DNA of 64,000 bases from Mobula hypostoma. Lineage: Eukaryota. Both the position numbers and the translations under genes were made by a program. Below the pieces are notes generated by a model. That model did not search any database. It saw only the letters and a program-made list of their open reading frames with translations, and was not told the DNA's origin. Shown piece by piece: positions 61,381-64,000 of this stretch. Each line of letters starts with the position of its first letter. Positions within the stretch are counted from its first letter, which is position 1. The stretch lies in assembly GCF_963921235.1 (NCBI RefSeq), contig NC_086101.1, forward strand, positions 3,350,001 through 3,414,000. The letters run 5' to 3'.

Positions 61381-63400
61381 AGTCCACAGTCAGCTCTTTC
61401 GTCTTACTGACGTTGAGTGCAAGGTTGTTGCTACAGCAGCACTCCACTAGCTGGCTCATCTTGCTCCTGGGTGCCCTTTCATCTCCATCTGAGATTCTAC
61501 CAATAATGGTATCATCAGCAGATTTGTAGATGGTGTTTGAGTGATACCCTAGTCACACAGTCGTGGGAATCCTGAGGTATGTTTGTATTGTTCAGGTGAT
61601 CTAAGGCCTTTTGAAGAGCCATTGAGATTTTGTCTGTCATAGGCATATTGTGCTGATGGGAAAATTGCAATGGATCCATGTCCTTGCTGAGGAAGGAGTT
61701 GATTCTAGCCGTGATCAACCTCTCAAAGCATTTCATCACTGTCGATGTGAGTGCTACTGGGTGATGGTCATTAACCAGCTCACACTGCGGTTCTTTGGCA
61801 CTGGTATAATTGTTGCCTTTTTGAAGCAGGTGGGAGCTTCTGACCGTAGCAGTCAGAGGTTGAAAATGTCTCTGAATACGCCCACCAGTTGGTTAGCTCA
61901 AGTTTTCAGAGCCTTACCAGGTACTCCATCGGGGCCTCCTGCCTTGCGAGGTTCACCCTCCTAAAAGACAGCCTAACATCAGCCTCTGAGACGGAGATCA
62001 CAGGGTGACCGGGTGCAGCAGGGATCTTCACAGCTGTAGCTGTGTTCTCCCTTTCAAAGTGAAACATAGCAGACGTTGAGCTCATCTGGTCGTGAAGCAT
62101 CACTGCCATTTATGCTATTGGGTTTTGCTTTGCAGGAAGGAATGTCCTGCCAACCCTGCTAGTGTTACCGTGGATCTGATGTCACTACCAACCTTGCTCA
62201 AAATTGTTTCTTCACTCTTGAAATGGCCCTCTGCAAGTCATACCTGGTTTTCTGGTACAGGTCTGGGTCACTAGAGTTAGATGCCACAGATCTAGCCCTG
62301 AGCTAACGACGTACCTCCTGGTTCATCCGTGGCTTTTGGTTTGGGAATGTACAGCAAGTTTTTGTAGGCACACACCCATCCACACAGGTTTTACTGAAGT
62401 CAGTAACAACAGCAGCAAACTCATCCAGATTCGAAGATGAATCCCTGAATACAGTCCAGTCCACCGATTCAAAGCAGTTCTGTAAGTGCTCCTGTGCTTC
62501 CCTTATCCAAACCTTCTTGGTCCTCACTGCTTGTGCTGCAGTCTTCAGTCTCTGCCTATACTCAGGGAGTAGACGTACAGCCAGGTGACCAGACTTCCCG
62601 AAGTGAGGGCGTGGAATAGCATGGTGAGCTCTCTTGATGGTGGTGTAACAGTGGTCCAGTGTGTTGTTTCCTCTGGTACTAATTACCGTCAATCATTAAT
62701 AAGTACCTCTGCTACTACTAGTACCAGAGGTACTTGTTTAATGATTGACGGTAATTAGTTAATGATTTTTTTTAAGGCGGCCTGGTTAAAATCCCCAAAA
62801 TGATAGTGAGGGCGTCAGGGTGTGCTGTTTCGTGCATATGGATCCTCTTGCTCAGATCAATGCCTGTTTGACATTGGCCTGAGGTGGAATGTACACCACT
62901 ACCAAAATGATCACAAAATGACAGGTAAAATGGACTGCACATACTGCAATTGTGAGATATTCCAGCAGAATTGGGACAACACTGGTCACATCTGTGCACC
63001 AAGAGGAGTTGATCATGAGGCGTACACCCCACCTCTGCTTCTGAGAGATTCGACAGTCCTATCCTGACGGTGTATACTGAACCCATCAATCTAAATCGCT
63101 GCGTCCGGTACCAGAGGCTACACTTGCCAGCCATAAACATGTTTGTATCACTGACCTGCAGCCATGTTTTCTATGTGGAATCCGGTGAGAAGTACGGCCG
63201 TAGTCGGCATTGTTTCCATCGGTTTTAAGTAGCGACAGTTTATTCAATCTCATTAAGACATCTTTGTTAACTCTACAGACCTTGGAAGCAGTTGTGATGC
63301 TGTATCAGACCAAAAAGGAATATTTAATTGTATCCATCAAGCTGTGCTGCACGAGATTGTCGTTCCCAAGGTGCCCCACAGCATTATGTCATGCTAAGAA
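61381..63400 (-). mobile_element. Rex1/Babar LINE 5' part (endonuclease and RT, degenerate)
   Basis: TRGNNTLDHCYT..RPHFGKSGHL, HPDALTIILG and MKCFERL..DPLQF. Confidence 0.88.
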
Positions 63401-63679
63401 ACGCCAATAGCGACATCCACCCCTGTCTCACTTGTGGGAGAGTCTGTTTTTCCCTCATCGCCCTCAGCTTCCATCATGGGAACTGAGCAGAGGCAGGTCC
63501 CCATTGAACCTGAGTGGCAATTGGAATCCGAATCAGGTTAAATATCATTGGGATGGTTTGTTAAATATGCTGTTTTGTACTGGTAGCAGTACATTGCAAT
63601 TCATAATAGAAAGACTATAAATTACCATAAGCAACATACACAGAACTGTCCAAAAGTCTTGGGGGGGTGGTGTGCGTGT

Positions 63680-64000
63680 GTACGGTCAATGGCAGACGCA
63701 ATCTCAATGGCTCTCCACGCGGCTTTAGACCACCTGGACAACACCAACACCTATGTCAGGATGCTGTTCACTGACTATAGCTCAGCATTTAATACCATCA
63801 TTCCCACAATCCTGATTGAGAAGTTGCAGAACCTAGGCCTCTGTAATTGGATCCTTGACTTCCTAACCGAAAGACCACAATCTGTGTGGATTGGTGATAA
63901 TGTATCCTCCTCGCTGACGATCAACACTGGTGCACCTCAGGGATGTGTGCTTAGCCCACTGCTCTACTCTCTCTATACCCATGACTATGTGGCTGGGCAT
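63680..64000 (+). mobile_element. Rex1/Babar LINE RT fragment, runs off the window end
   Basis: Encodes [16 protein letters not shown] and [18 protein letters not shown]. Confidence 0.88.

Noticed and set aside
63468..63536. Candidate SKIC2 exon 3 (ccctcag|CTTCCATCATGG)
   Set aside because: The translation LPSWELSRGR does not match the expected LPHGLPP segment, and a similar motif occurs in Rex1 remnants. Exon 3 is probably beyond the window.

Overview
Repeat-dense vertebrate genomic DNA; the CR1, V-SINE and Penelope repeat content suggests a cartilaginous fish, probably a ray (inference). Its core is a CpG-rich bidirectional promoter (~35.7-36.3 kb) between two head-to-head genes. NELFE (minus strand) has five coding exons here that splice into one 404-nt frame and continues beyond position 1. 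SKIC2/SKIV2L (plus strand) has two coding exons and continues beyond 64000. This is the gene pair of the mammalian MHC class III region. Both first introns are greatly expanded: a 12.8-kb 74/83-bp satellite fills NELFE intron 1, while SKIC2 intron 1 holds two minisatellites plus about 10 kb of 66-75-bp satellite within a 2.7-kb tandem triplication. The rest is nested CR1, Rex1/Babar and Penelope-like retroelements, SINEs and two DNA transposons. Most notable: three identical minimal hammerhead-ribozyme motifs phased by the triplication, a satellite apparently seeded from the NELFE intron branch-point region, and a five-copy fixed-spacing YY1/THAP-like motif array in the promoter. The very long ORFs over the satellites are artefacts. 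Repeat boundaries are approximate and family names rest on recognised motifs, not database searches.
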